DNA of 64,000 nucleotides, from sequence record NZ_CP123987.1; one strand, 5' to 3'. Made by a program: the position numbers and the translations under genes. The notes under the pieces were generated by a model, which saw only the letters and a list, made by a program, of their open reading frames with translations, had not been told where the DNA came from and ran no database searches. Shown one piece after another: positions 18,986 through 28,207 of the stretch. Numbering within the stretch: position 1 is the stretch's first letter; the number at the start of each line of letters is the position of its first letter. Origin of the DNA: a plasmid.

Positions 18986-21900
18986 GTGAGAGTAGTGTAT
19001 ACAAATAATTTTGAATATAACAATGAAGCAATAAAAGATTTTGCAGATTTTGGTAAAAAAGCAGAAAAATATATCTATCAGTCTCCACAAGATGCATTAA
19101 CAGCTTTTAGAACTTTAGGGGAAGCATTATTAAATGATATCTATGAAAAAGATCGAATTTTTGTGGAAATAAGAGTTACTGCTAGCGAATACAGCACACA
19201 AGATAAAAAAATTAAGTTATTATCTACATATAATAGAAAAATAGGTGAAGTTTATTATCCTGAAAATATCATCAATAACTTCAAAACTATTAAAAATACA
19301 GGAAATATTGCTGCACATAATATTAAAAGTAAGTTTTTTACAGTAGAAAAGGCCTTAGAAATAGAAAAGGTTATGTATAAAATCTGGTCTTGGTATCTTG
19401 AAATTTATACAAGTGAGGAATGTTTACCTTACGTTAAGCCGGAAAATACAGCTGTCAATAATGATGAAGAGTTAAAAGATGAAGTTGATAAATTAAAAAA
19501 GAAAATCGAAGAACTGAAAAAACGTAATGAACAACAGAAAGAAAAAGTGGATAGTTCTAAGAAACAAGAACGTCAAAGTCGAAGTAGAAAATATCAACAA
19601 ACTCATGATTTATCAGAAGAAGAAACACGAGAAATCATTGATCAACAATTACGTGATGCTGGTTGGGAAGCAAATACTAAGAAGTTAAATAACAATAAAA
19701 ATAAAAATAAAACACTTCCTAAAAAAGGTAAGAGAATGGCAATTGCTGAATGGGTACTTTCTAACGGTAAACGTGCTGATTATGCTTTATTTGAAGGTTT
19801 GAATTTAGTTGGAGTGGTGGAAGCAAAAGAATGGGGAAAGGACATTCCTGGTGATCTTACTCAAGCTAAAGAGTACGCTAAGTTAATTACAAAGGATCCT
19901 GATGTGTATAACCTAGTTGTTAAAGATGATGCTACTTATAAAGTGCCTTTTATCTATTCTACTAATGGCCGTCCTTATATCAGACAATATAAGTCTAAAT
20001 CTGGTATTTGGTACTTAGATACACGTAATCTTAATAATCATGCCAAACCATTACAAGCTTGGCATTCACCAGACGATTTAAAGTTAAAACTAAGTGCAAA
20101 GCCAGAAAAAGAAGCTAACGAAGACTTAAAAAATGAAAGTATGTTAAGTTTTGCTAATCGCTACTATCAAGTAGAAGCTATTAGAGCAGTAGAAAATGCG
20201 ATTATTGATGGTAAGAAAAGAATTCTGTTACAGATGGCAACAGGTACTGGTAAGACACGTACTGCAATTGCATTAATGTACCACTTATTAAAGGCTAAAA
20301 AAGCCAGAAGAATTTTATACCTTGTAGATAGGAATTCTTTGGGACGTCAAACTGAAGATACGCTTAAAAATCTAAAAGTAGACGCAACTTCAATTGCTGA
20401 TATTTATGGAGTTAAAGCTTTAAGTGGTGGAAAGGTAGAGAAGGACACTAAAATTCATATCGCAACAGTGCAAAGTATGATAAGTCGCCTATTTAGTGGA
20501 ATAAATTATTTAGTGGAATAAATAATGATGAAAGTGTTACGGTAGGAACTTATGATTTTATCATTGTTGACGAAGCTCATCGCGGTTATGCTTTGGATCG
20601 AGATATGAGAGAAGGCGATGAAAGAATCTATGATGAACAAGACTATGTCAGTCAATATCGTCGTGTAATAGACTTTTTTGACGCAACTTCAATTGCTATG
20701 ACTGCCACACCTGCCAAACATACAGTAGAGATATTTGGTAGTCCAATCTATTCATATAGTTATCGTCAAGCAGTACTTGATGGGTGGTTGATCGATCATG
20801 ATACACCTTATGTTTTTAAAACAGAATTGTCAGAAAATGGTATAAACTTTGAAGTCAATGAAGACGTAACTGTATATGATAGTGAAAAAAATACCATCTC
20901 AACGGAAACTTTAGATGAAAATATGAATTTTGATGTTAGTCAGTTTAATCGTCGCGTAATTGCCAATGATTTTAATCGCGTAATTGCAGAAAAATTAACT
21001 GAATACATTGATCCAACTGATGAAATGGCTGGTAAAACTCTAATTTTTGCAGTTACTGATAAGCATGCGGATGATTTTGTAATTGCTTTGAAAGATGCTT
21101 ATGAAAAAGCAGGTATTCCAGTGCCGGATGATGCTATTCAAAAGATTACTGGGCAAACATATGAATATGGTCAGGCAATAAAGAACTTTAAAAATGAAAC
21201 TTATCCAAATATTGTTGTAACTGTAGATTTATTAACAACTGGAATTGATGTTCCGGAAATCACTAACATTGTCTTTTTAAGGCAGGTACGTTCGCGTATT
21301 TTATACGAACAAATGATTGGTCGTGCTACACGTCCATGTGAAAAGATTCAAAAAGATCATTTCAATATTTATGATGCGGTTGGAATCTACGATAAGATGA
21401 AGAGCGTGTCTAATATGAATATGGTAGTAAAAGATCCTAATCATAATCTAGATTATTATGTTAATAAGACAAATCCTTTAGATTATGAAGATGAAGCAGA
21501 TTATGAAACTTATCGAGAAGATCTTCTTGCTACTATACAAAGAAAGATTAAACGAATCCCTGAAGACAAATTATCTGAATTTTGTGATTTTGCTAAGATT
21601 AATTCGACAAATGAATGGACACAATCTATAAAGAATATGTCTAAAGAAGAGTTGTCGCAAGAGATGCCAAAAATTGCAAAATTAGCCAGTTTTAAATATA
21701 ACGATGCCAAGATGATTATTTCAGATAAAGAAGATAGGTTTAAAAATGTGGACCGATCATATGGAGATAGTGGTAAAAAGCCAGAAGATTATCTGGAAAG
21801 TTTTAATCAATATATCCAAAATAATCAAAATGAATTGCTCGGTTTAGAGATTATTAAAACTCGTCCGCAAGATTTATCTTTATCGGAACTGAAAGAAATT

Positions 21901-22290
21901 GTATTAACGTTGAGTCAATATGGTTATAATGAGAGAGATTTGCAAAATGCTTGGAAGAAAGTTAAAGGCGAACAAACTGCTGCAAGTATCATTAGTTTTA
22001 TCAGACAAGCAATGATGACAACTGATAGACTAGAAGATCATGAGGCAATGGTAAATAGAGCGATGAATAAAGTTTATGGTATGACCGAATGGACAGTTAT
22101 GCAAAGAAAATGGTTAGACAAAATTGCTAAACAATTAAAGCAAAATGAAGTTTTAGGTAAAAATGCTCAACAAGCTTTTGATACAATTCCAGCTTTTAAG
22201 AGTAATGGTGGTTATAATCGAGTGAATAAATTACTTGATGGCAAAGCTGATGAAATTATCAAAATTATTAATGAAAATTTATATGCTTAG
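18986..22290 (+). pseudogene. hsdR: Type I restriction enzyme R subunit HsdR, interrupted by a 17-bp tandem duplication
   Basis: Helicase motif I QMATGTGKTRTAIAL lies in ORF 1. DEAHRGY, motif VI QMIGRATRP and a C-terminal domain lie in ORF 2 (20593-22290) in another frame. Removing one copy of tatttagtggaataaat restores ...SRLFSGINNDESVTVGTYDFIIVDEAHRGY.... Confidence 0.85.
20490..20523 (+). repeat. Perfect 17-bp tandem duplication (tatttagtggaataaat x2) inside hsdR
   Basis: Two adjacent copies are read directly from the sequence. Length 17 is not a multiple of 3, so the duplication causes a frameshift. Confidence 0.9.
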
Positions 22291-22305
22291 AAAAGGAAGA
22301 AGAAA

Positions 22306-23757
22306 GTGAACAATCAAGAAATTGTAGCGAAGTTATGGAATGAAGCAAATGTATTACGTGATGATGGAATTACTTATCAAGATTACGTAACCGAATTAAC
22401 GTATATTTTATTTTTAAAGATGAGTAAGGAACAAGGTCAAGAAGATGATATTCCTGAAAAATATCGTTGGGATAGTTTAGTAGAAAAAGATGGACTTGAA
22501 TTGAAGAACTTCTATCGTCAATTATTAATAGATTTAGGCAATCCTGAGATCGTTAAGAACAATAAAATTAACTTAATTTATAGTAATGCTTCAACAAGTA
22601 TTGATGAACCAGCTAATTTAGAAAAAATAATCAAAGATATTGATGAACTTGACTGGTTTTCAGCACGTGAAGAAGGTCTAGGTGCTTTATATGAAGGATT
22701 GTTAGAGAAAAACGCCAGTGAAACTAAATCAGGTGCCGGACAATACTTTACTCCACGTGTTTTAATCAATGTTATGGTTAAGTTGATGAAACCACAAGTA
22801 GGCGAAAGATTGAATGATCCAGCTGCTGGAACTTTTGGATTTATGATTGCTGCTAATCAATATCTTCGTGATCAAACAGATGATTATTTTGATTTGACTG
22901 ATGATCAACAAAAATTTGAGATAGAAGAAGCATTTTCTGGTATGGAATTAGTACCAACAACCCACCGTTTAGCGATGATGAATGAGTATCTACATGGTAT
23001 GGATGGCAAGTTAGAACTTGGTGATTCTTTATCTGCCAATGGGAAATGGATGAAAGATTATGACTTAGTATTAACTAATCCACCATTTGGAACTAAAAAG
23101 GGTGGTGAACGTGCTACTCGTGATGATTTAACTTTTGAAACTTCAAATAAGCAATTGAACTTCTTACAAACGATTTATAATTCGTTGAAGAAGAATGGTA
23201 AAGCACGTGCAGCAGTTGTTGTGCCAGATAATGTTCTGTTTGCGGATGGGGTAGGAGAAGAAATTCGTAAGGACTTATTGAATAAGTGTAATTTGCATAC
23301 AATTTTGCGCTTGCCAACAGGAATTTTCTACGCTCAAGGTGTACAAACTAATGTGTTGTTCTTTACTCGTGGTGAAAGCGATAAAGAAAATACCAAAGAA
23401 ACTTGGATTTACGATATGCGCAATAATATGCGTTCATTCGGTAAGCGTAGTCCGTTAAATGATAAGGACTTTACTGATTTTATCGAAAAATACCAAGCTG
23501 ATGATATGAGTAAGCGACAAGAAGATTATGATAGTCAAAGTAATCCTAATGGTCGTTGGCGTAAATTTACGATTGATGAAATTATGGCACGTCCTAATAC
23601 AAGCCTAGATATTTCTTGGATGACTGAAGAAAGCGACGAAGAAGATAAGTCATTGAGTGAAATCTTAGTAGAAATGAACGAAAAATCAATGACAATCTCA
23701 GCAGCTATTGCAGAGTTAACAGATATTTTGGAAGGGATAGATGATAGTGAAGAATAG
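22306..23757 (+). CDS. hsdM: Type I R-M DNA methyltransferase subunit HsdM
   Basis: Motif I DPAAGTFGF and motif IV LTNPPFGTKKGG. GTG start. The gene overlaps the hsdS start. Confidence 0.9.
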   Translation: MNNQEIVAKLWNEANVLRDDGITYQDYVTELTYILFLKMSKEQGQEDDIPEKYRWDSLVEKDGLELKNFYRQLLIDLGNPEIVKNNKINLIYSNASTSIDEPANLEKIIKDIDELDWFSAREEGLGALYEGLLEKNASETKSGAGQYFTPRVLINVMVKLMKPQVGERLNDPAAGTFGFMIAANQYLRDQTDDYFDLTDDQQKFEIEEAFSGMELVPTTHRLAMMNEYLHGMDGKLELGDSLSANGKWMKDYDLVLTNPPFGTKKGGERATRDDLTFETSNKQLNFLQTIYNSLKKNGKARAAVVVPDNVLFADGVGEEIRKDLLNKCNLHTILRLPTGIFYAQGVQTNVLFFTRGESDKENTKETWIYDMRNNMRSFGKRSPLNDKDFTDFIEKYQADDMSKRQEDYDSQSNPNGRWRKFTIDEIMARPNTSLDISWMTEESDEEDKSLSEILVEMNEKSMTISAAIAELTDILEGIDDSEE

Positions 23758-25234
23758 CAGTTTGAGTGTCGATACAGAAAAGTTACGTAAGAAAATTCTA
23801 GATTTGGCGATGCGTGGGAAATTGGTTCCACAAGATAGCCAAGATGAGCCAGCAAGTGTCTTATTAGAGAAGATAAAAGAAGAAAAGGCTCAATTAATCA
23901 AAGAAAAGAAAATCAAGAAATCTAAACCACTTCCAGAAATCACAGAAGAAGAAAAGCCTTTTGAAATTCCAGAAAGTTGGGAATGGGTAAGGTTAGGGGA
24001 AATATTAGATGTTAGAGATGGTACGCATGACACACCAAAATATTTAGATTCAGGTGTTCCACTAATAACAGCTAAAAATTTAGACAATGGAAGCATAGAT
24101 TTTAACAATGTAAATTATATTTCTTTTGAAGATGCGAAAAAAATAAATCAACGTTCGAAAGTTGATAAAGATGATATTATCTTTGCAATGATAGGAACTA
24201 TTGGAAATCCTGTATTAGTTCAAGAAGAATATAGCATGGCTATAAAAAATGTTGCGTTGTTAAAGAAAATTTATTATCTCAATATGAAATATATTTTAAG
24301 ATGTATACAATTTTCAGAAAATAGGATGTATAAGAAGTCCAATGGTGGAAATCAGAAATTTATTTCATTGAAAAAGATACGAGAATTCACAATCCCTCTC
24401 CCACCATTAGCCGAACAAAAGCGTATTGTTGCTAAAGTCGAAGAATGTATGCAGGCAATTAAGACAATTGAAGACAGTAGCAAAGAATACGAAAAGCTGG
24501 AAAATCAATTGGATAAGAAAGTACTTGATTTGGCGATGCGTGGAAAATTAGTCCCAAAAGATAGCCAAGATGAACCAGCAAGTGTCCTATTAGAGAAGAT
24601 TAAAGAAGAAAAAGCTCAATTAATCAAAGAAAAGAAGATTAAAAAATCTAAGCCACTTCCAGAAATCACAGAAGAAGAAAAGCCTTTTGAAATTCCGGAA
24701 AGTTGGGAATGGGTAAGGTTAGGGGAAGTGGCTAAAAATGAGTTATACTCAATGGCTGATGGGCCTTTTGGCAGTAATTTAAAAAAAGATCATTATACAC
24801 TTAGTCAAGAAGTTAGGATTATTCAATTAAGTAATATAGGCGAAGATGGCTGGCGTAATGAAAATAAAAAATATACTACATTTGATCATTTGAAAGAAAT
24901 TTCAAGAAGTGAAGTAAAAAGTGGTGATATTGTTATTGCTAAAATGATGCCAGCTGGAAGAGCCATTATAGTTCCTGACATAGAGAAAAAATATGTTTTA
25001 TCGTCAGATGCCGTTAAATTTATTCCAGATACTAGAATTTTCAAGCCATATATGTTGCATTTAATCAATAGTCCAGTATTTAAAAAGCAAGTGCAATCAG
25101 ATTTACAAGGTTCTACACGACCAAGAACAAGTATAACAAAGCTTAAAAATATTTTGTGCCCTCTCCCACCATTAGCTGAACAAAAGCGGATTGTTACTAA
25201 AATTGAAGAAATAGATATATATTTAAAAAATTAA
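23741..25234 (+). CDS. hsdS: Type I R-M specificity subunit HsdS with two target-recognition domains
   Basis: Two target-recognition domains are each preceded by the near-identical LDLAMRGKLVP.DSQDEPASVLLEKIKEEKAQLIKEKKIKKSKPLPEITEEEKPFEIPESWEWVRLGE segment. The PLPPLAEQKRIV motif occurs twice. Confidence 0.85.
   Translation: MIVKNSSLSVDTEKLRKKILDLAMRGKLVPQDSQDEPASVLLEKIKEEKAQLIKEKKIKKSKPLPEITEEEKPFEIPESWEWVRLGEILDVRDGTHDTPKYLDSGVPLITAKNLDNGSIDFNNVNYISFEDAKKINQRSKVDKDDIIFAMIGTIGNPVLVQEEYSMAIKNVALLKKIYYLNMKYILRCIQFSENRMYKKSNGGNQKFISLKKIREFTIPLPPLAEQKRIVAKVEECMQAIKTIEDSSKEYEKLENQLDKKVLDLAMRGKLVPKDSQDEPASVLLEKIKEEKAQLIKEKKIKKSKPLPEITEEEKPFEIPESWEWVRLGEVAKNELYSMADGPFGSNLKKDHYTLSQEVRIIQLSNIGEDGWRNENKKYTTFDHLKEISRSEVKSGDIVIAKMMPAGRAIIVPDIEKKYVLSSDAVKFIPDTRIFKPYMLHLINSPVFKKQVQSDLQGSTRPRTSITKLKNILCPLPPLAEQKRIVTKIEEIDIYLKN
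23795..24727 (+). repeat. Pair of ~205-bp direct repeats (23795-24003 and 24519-24727, >90% identical) inside hsdS
   Basis: The nucleotide-level repeat is seen directly in the sequence. Confidence 0.8.
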
Positions 25235-25353
25235 AGTTTATATAGTGTTGAAATAATTATTATTTGAATTAATATAGTTGTATTTTAATTTAAAAGCAGG
25301 AAGTAGAAAAAGTTATTATTTCCTTTAAGATGAAACAATAGTTAACAATAAAA

Positions 25354-25402
25354 GTAGCTAGGATTAACATTTTAAGCAATTTAATTCTTAGCTGCTTTTT
25401 AA
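25354..25402 (+). terminator. Possible terminator downstream of hsdS
   Basis: Stem agctagga / tcttagct with a long loop, followed by ttttt. The signal is weak. Confidence 0.3.
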
Positions 25403-25559
25403 TTTTATTTTCTTTAATTTATAAGTTATAATTGAAATATCAATAAAAAATTTAAAAGATACATCTATGTTTATATGAAATATAAATATAGAAAAGTAAA
25501 GTAGTATGTAATGAGTAACAAAATTTATATATTGATATTTTTAATATAAGGAGTAATTA

Positions 25560-26354
25560 ATGACTAAAAATACCATTAATAAGATTATATATTTTGATAA
25601 AGAAACTATTCGTAATATACTCCAGGAAAGAGATAGAGGAGAACTTACACGAAAAACTGATATATCTTCTAATTTACAGACAGAAGGATCGGTAAAGTCA
25701 GAAGGTTCAGCTAAATTAAAGCTCAATGTTCCGCTAATTTCAAGATTATCTTTTTTATTTACAGGGAATATAAAAGCATCATATTTTTTTAATAAGGATA
25801 GTGTAACTACAATTTCTTCAACAGAAATTTCTGAATTTGAACAATTAAAACCACTATTAGAAGTTCTTCGAGACACCCAGATATCGGATATTGAAAATTC
25901 TTCTACGTTTTTACGTGTAGCTGGTGGATATCTTAAAATCATTAAAGGTGGTATCGAAGGGGTAGATACACAAGAGTTTAAGTCCGTTATGGATAGCTAT
26001 GATGGATACGATACATACAAAGTAAGTGATGAAAAGTACGTTCGTTTTAACAATTCTGCCTTTGTGAGCAATTACAAAAGGAATGATTTACTTACTACAA
26101 CAATGACGTTATATTGTATTCCAGTAGGTAAGTTTGATAAAAAGCGCTTTGATTTTATTAAAGAAGTTGGGAAAATGGAACGTCTAATTACTTCAACAGA
26201 GAAATCAGATGTATTATCGGATATATACCCTCCTAAAGATCAATTTTTAAATGAACACGTTGAAAATCATGTTGATGATGAAAAAGATAATTTAATAACA
26301 CTTTATGATGTAATTTATGCTTGTATTATATCGGAGGTGGAAAATGGAAACTAA
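25560..26354 (+). CDS. Hypothetical protein (264 aa), partner of the downstream AAA+ ATPase
   Basis: Strong RBS aaggag 7 nt before the ATG. It overlaps the downstream gene. No known domain. The sequence is AT-rich. Confidence 0.6.
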   Translation: MTKNTINKIIYFDKETIRNILQERDRGELTRKTDISSNLQTEGSVKSEGSAKLKLNVPLISRLSFLFTGNIKASYFFNKDSVTTISSTEISEFEQLKPLLEVLRDTQISDIENSSTFLRVAGGYLKIIKGGIEGVDTQEFKSVMDSYDGYDTYKVSDEKYVRFNNSAFVSNYKRNDLLTTTMTLYCIPVGKFDKKRFDFIKEVGKMERLITSTEKSDVLSDIYPPKDQFLNEHVENHVDDEKDNLITLYDVIYACIISEVENGN

Positions 26355-27465
26355 TATGAGAAATTATCACATTGTTATTGGTTCAAAAAGATATTTTGAC
26401 GAATATTTACCAGATTTTAAGGAAGAAGATATTGTATATGATTTTTCAGATTCAATAAAACTTTCTGATGCGTTTAGAGAAAGTGGAAGAATAAACGATC
26501 ATTTTGTTAGTATACTCGTTGTAAGAAATAATAATTATAATGGAATTGTTGAAAATGCCCATGATCGTTTGGGCCCATTAATTGAAGAATTAACAACAAA
26601 TAGTGCTGAAATATATATTCATAATCCGCCTCGTATTTTGATGAAGTATTTAGAAGAACAGCATGAGCGTTTACCAATAAAATTATCTATTTCAAGTGAA
26701 AAATATGAAATAAATAGAGATCCTAATATATTTATAAATAATATTAAAGAAATCTCGTCACATATATTAGGTCAGCAGTCAGCTCTTACAGAAATAAGCA
26801 AGAGCTTGTGGTATCTCACAACGGTTAAAAGAGAGAAGCCATATGTAATAATGTTGTATGGTAATAGCGGGCTTGGAAAAACTGAATTGGTAAGAGAGAT
26901 TGCAAAAAAATTCTTTGATGGAAAATTTTTGGAAAAACACTTATCTATGTTTAAAAATGATAATTATACAAATTATTTTTTTGGAGATAAACCTAATCGA
27001 CGTAGTATAGGATTTGATTTGTTAGAACGCGAATCTAACTTAATTTTTTTTGATGAATTAGATAAATGTCCAGAATATTTCTTTTCTACATTCTACACAT
27101 TATTTGATAATGTTCAATTTAAGGATTCTACCTATGATGTAAATGTATCAGGAACTGTAATTATACTCACTTCTAACTATAATTCGAAAGAAGAAATGCA
27201 AGAAAAACTAGGACTGCCTATTTTTTATCGTATTGATAAATTTATTCATTTTAATGAATTTAATTGTAATACTATATACAGAATTGTTCAAAATGAAATT
27301 TCGGAAAGAAAAGCTGAATATAATGATAAAATTTCTCCAGATGCAATATATGCTGCTGTTAGTCCACTTGTTTCAACATCAGGAGAAAATGCTCGAACAA
27401 TAAAATATAAGGTTCAGCAAGTAATAGAGGATCTTCTATTCGAAGAAATACACGAAAAATTTTAG
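26344..27465 (+). CDS. Clp-D2-like AAA+ ATPase with an unknown ~170-aa N-terminal domain
   Basis: An RBS ggaggtgg precedes the ATG at 26344. ILGQQSALTEI...VIMLYGNSGLGKTELVREIAKK matches the sensor/Walker A region of ClpA/B D2. Walker B is LIFFDELDKC. Confidence 0.7.
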   Translation: METNMRNYHIVIGSKRYFDEYLPDFKEEDIVYDFSDSIKLSDAFRESGRINDHFVSILVVRNNNYNGIVENAHDRLGPLIEELTTNSAEIYIHNPPRILMKYLEEQHERLPIKLSISSEKYEINRDPNIFINNIKEISSHILGQQSALTEISKSLWYLTTVKREKPYVIMLYGNSGLGKTELVREIAKKFFDGKFLEKHLSMFKNDNYTNYFFGDKPNRRSIGFDLLERESNLIFFDELDKCPEYFFSTFYTLFDNVQFKDSTYDVNVSGTVIILTSNYNSKEEMQEKLGLPIFYRIDKFIHFNEFNCNTIYRIVQNEISERKAEYNDKISPDAIYAAVSPLVSTSGENARTIKYKVQQVIEDLLFEEIHEKF

Positions 27466-27550
27466 ATAACTGTAGTAAGATTATATTAATAGATCTTGTA
27501 ACTTTCTGTAAAAAATGATTAATAAAAAATATGATTATTGTTGTTAATAA

Positions 27551-27612
27551 TAAAAACAGCTGGAGACTAACTTTTTTTGGAAATTTATGTTAGTCTTCAG
27601 CTGTTTCTTATA
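27551..27612. terminator. Bidirectional terminator between the ATPase gene and hup
   Basis: 16-bp stem acagctggagactaac / gttagtcttcagctgt with one mismatch, flanked by an A-run and a T-run. Confidence 0.75.
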
Positions 27613-27626
27613 TTACTCGTTAATAA

Positions 27627-27902
27627 TTATTTGTTAACAGCATCTTTCAAGCCTTTACCTGGTTTGAATGCAGGAACTTTAGATGCTGGAATTTCGATTT
27701 CCTTACCTGTTTGTGGGTTACGACCCTTACGAGCTGCACGTTCACGTACTTCGAAGTTACCAAAGCCGATGATTTGTACTTTCTTACCATCTACTAAAGC
27801 TTCTTTAACTGTTTCTGTGAATGCTGAAACAGCTGCTTCTGCTTCTTTCTTAGTTGTACCCATCTTTTCTGCGATAGCTTCTACTAATTCGTTCTTATTC
27901 AT
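27627..27902 (-). CDS. hup: HU family DNA-binding protein
   Basis: [13 protein letters not shown]...[38 protein letters not shown] is a canonical HU sequence. Confidence 0.95.
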   Translation of the reverse strand: MNKNELVEAIAEKMGTTKKEAEAAVSAFTETVKEALVDGKKVQIIGFGNFEVRERAARKGRNPQTGKEIEIPASKVPAFKPGKGLKDAVNK

Positions 27903-28144
27903 TAATAATCACTCCCAATAAATATAGGTATTAGGGCTATAAAACCTTAATCTTCTGCAATTGTACTATATTCAAATGTGTTTTTGCAAGGGCTTTATAA
28001 AAAAATTACAAGAATCTAGAAATTAAAAAGTAAAAATCAAGTAAATTTTATCAATTATCTTTTATATAGGACTTTTTATCACATTAATATGAATAAATTA
28101 TGAATTTAAATTTTATTTATAATGAACAAACGATTAAAGAATAA

Positions 28145-28173
28145 TTGTTTATTAATTAAAAATATGTTAATAT
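28145..28173 (+). promoter_or_regulatory. Candidate sigma-A promoter for prtP
   Basis: A -35 ttgttt, a 17-nt spacer and a -10 taatat lie about 35 nt upstream of the prtP start. Confidence 0.35.
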
Positions 28174-28207
28174 GAAAAATAACTTTTAGAAGAAGGAGAT
28201 GAAGTGC

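Noticed and set aside
20524-20592. Possibility that hsdR is two functional genes (N-terminal DUF4145-helicase half plus C-terminal half).
   Set aside because: The split coincides exactly with a 17-bp tandem duplication whose removal restores a continuous conserved helicase motif II. A natural gene boundary would not sit inside DEAH-box sequence.
27577-27921. 114-aa plus-strand ORF covering the hup locus.
   Set aside because: It is antisense to an unmistakable HU gene and its product is hydrophobic nonsense. The plus strand here contains only the bidirectional terminator.
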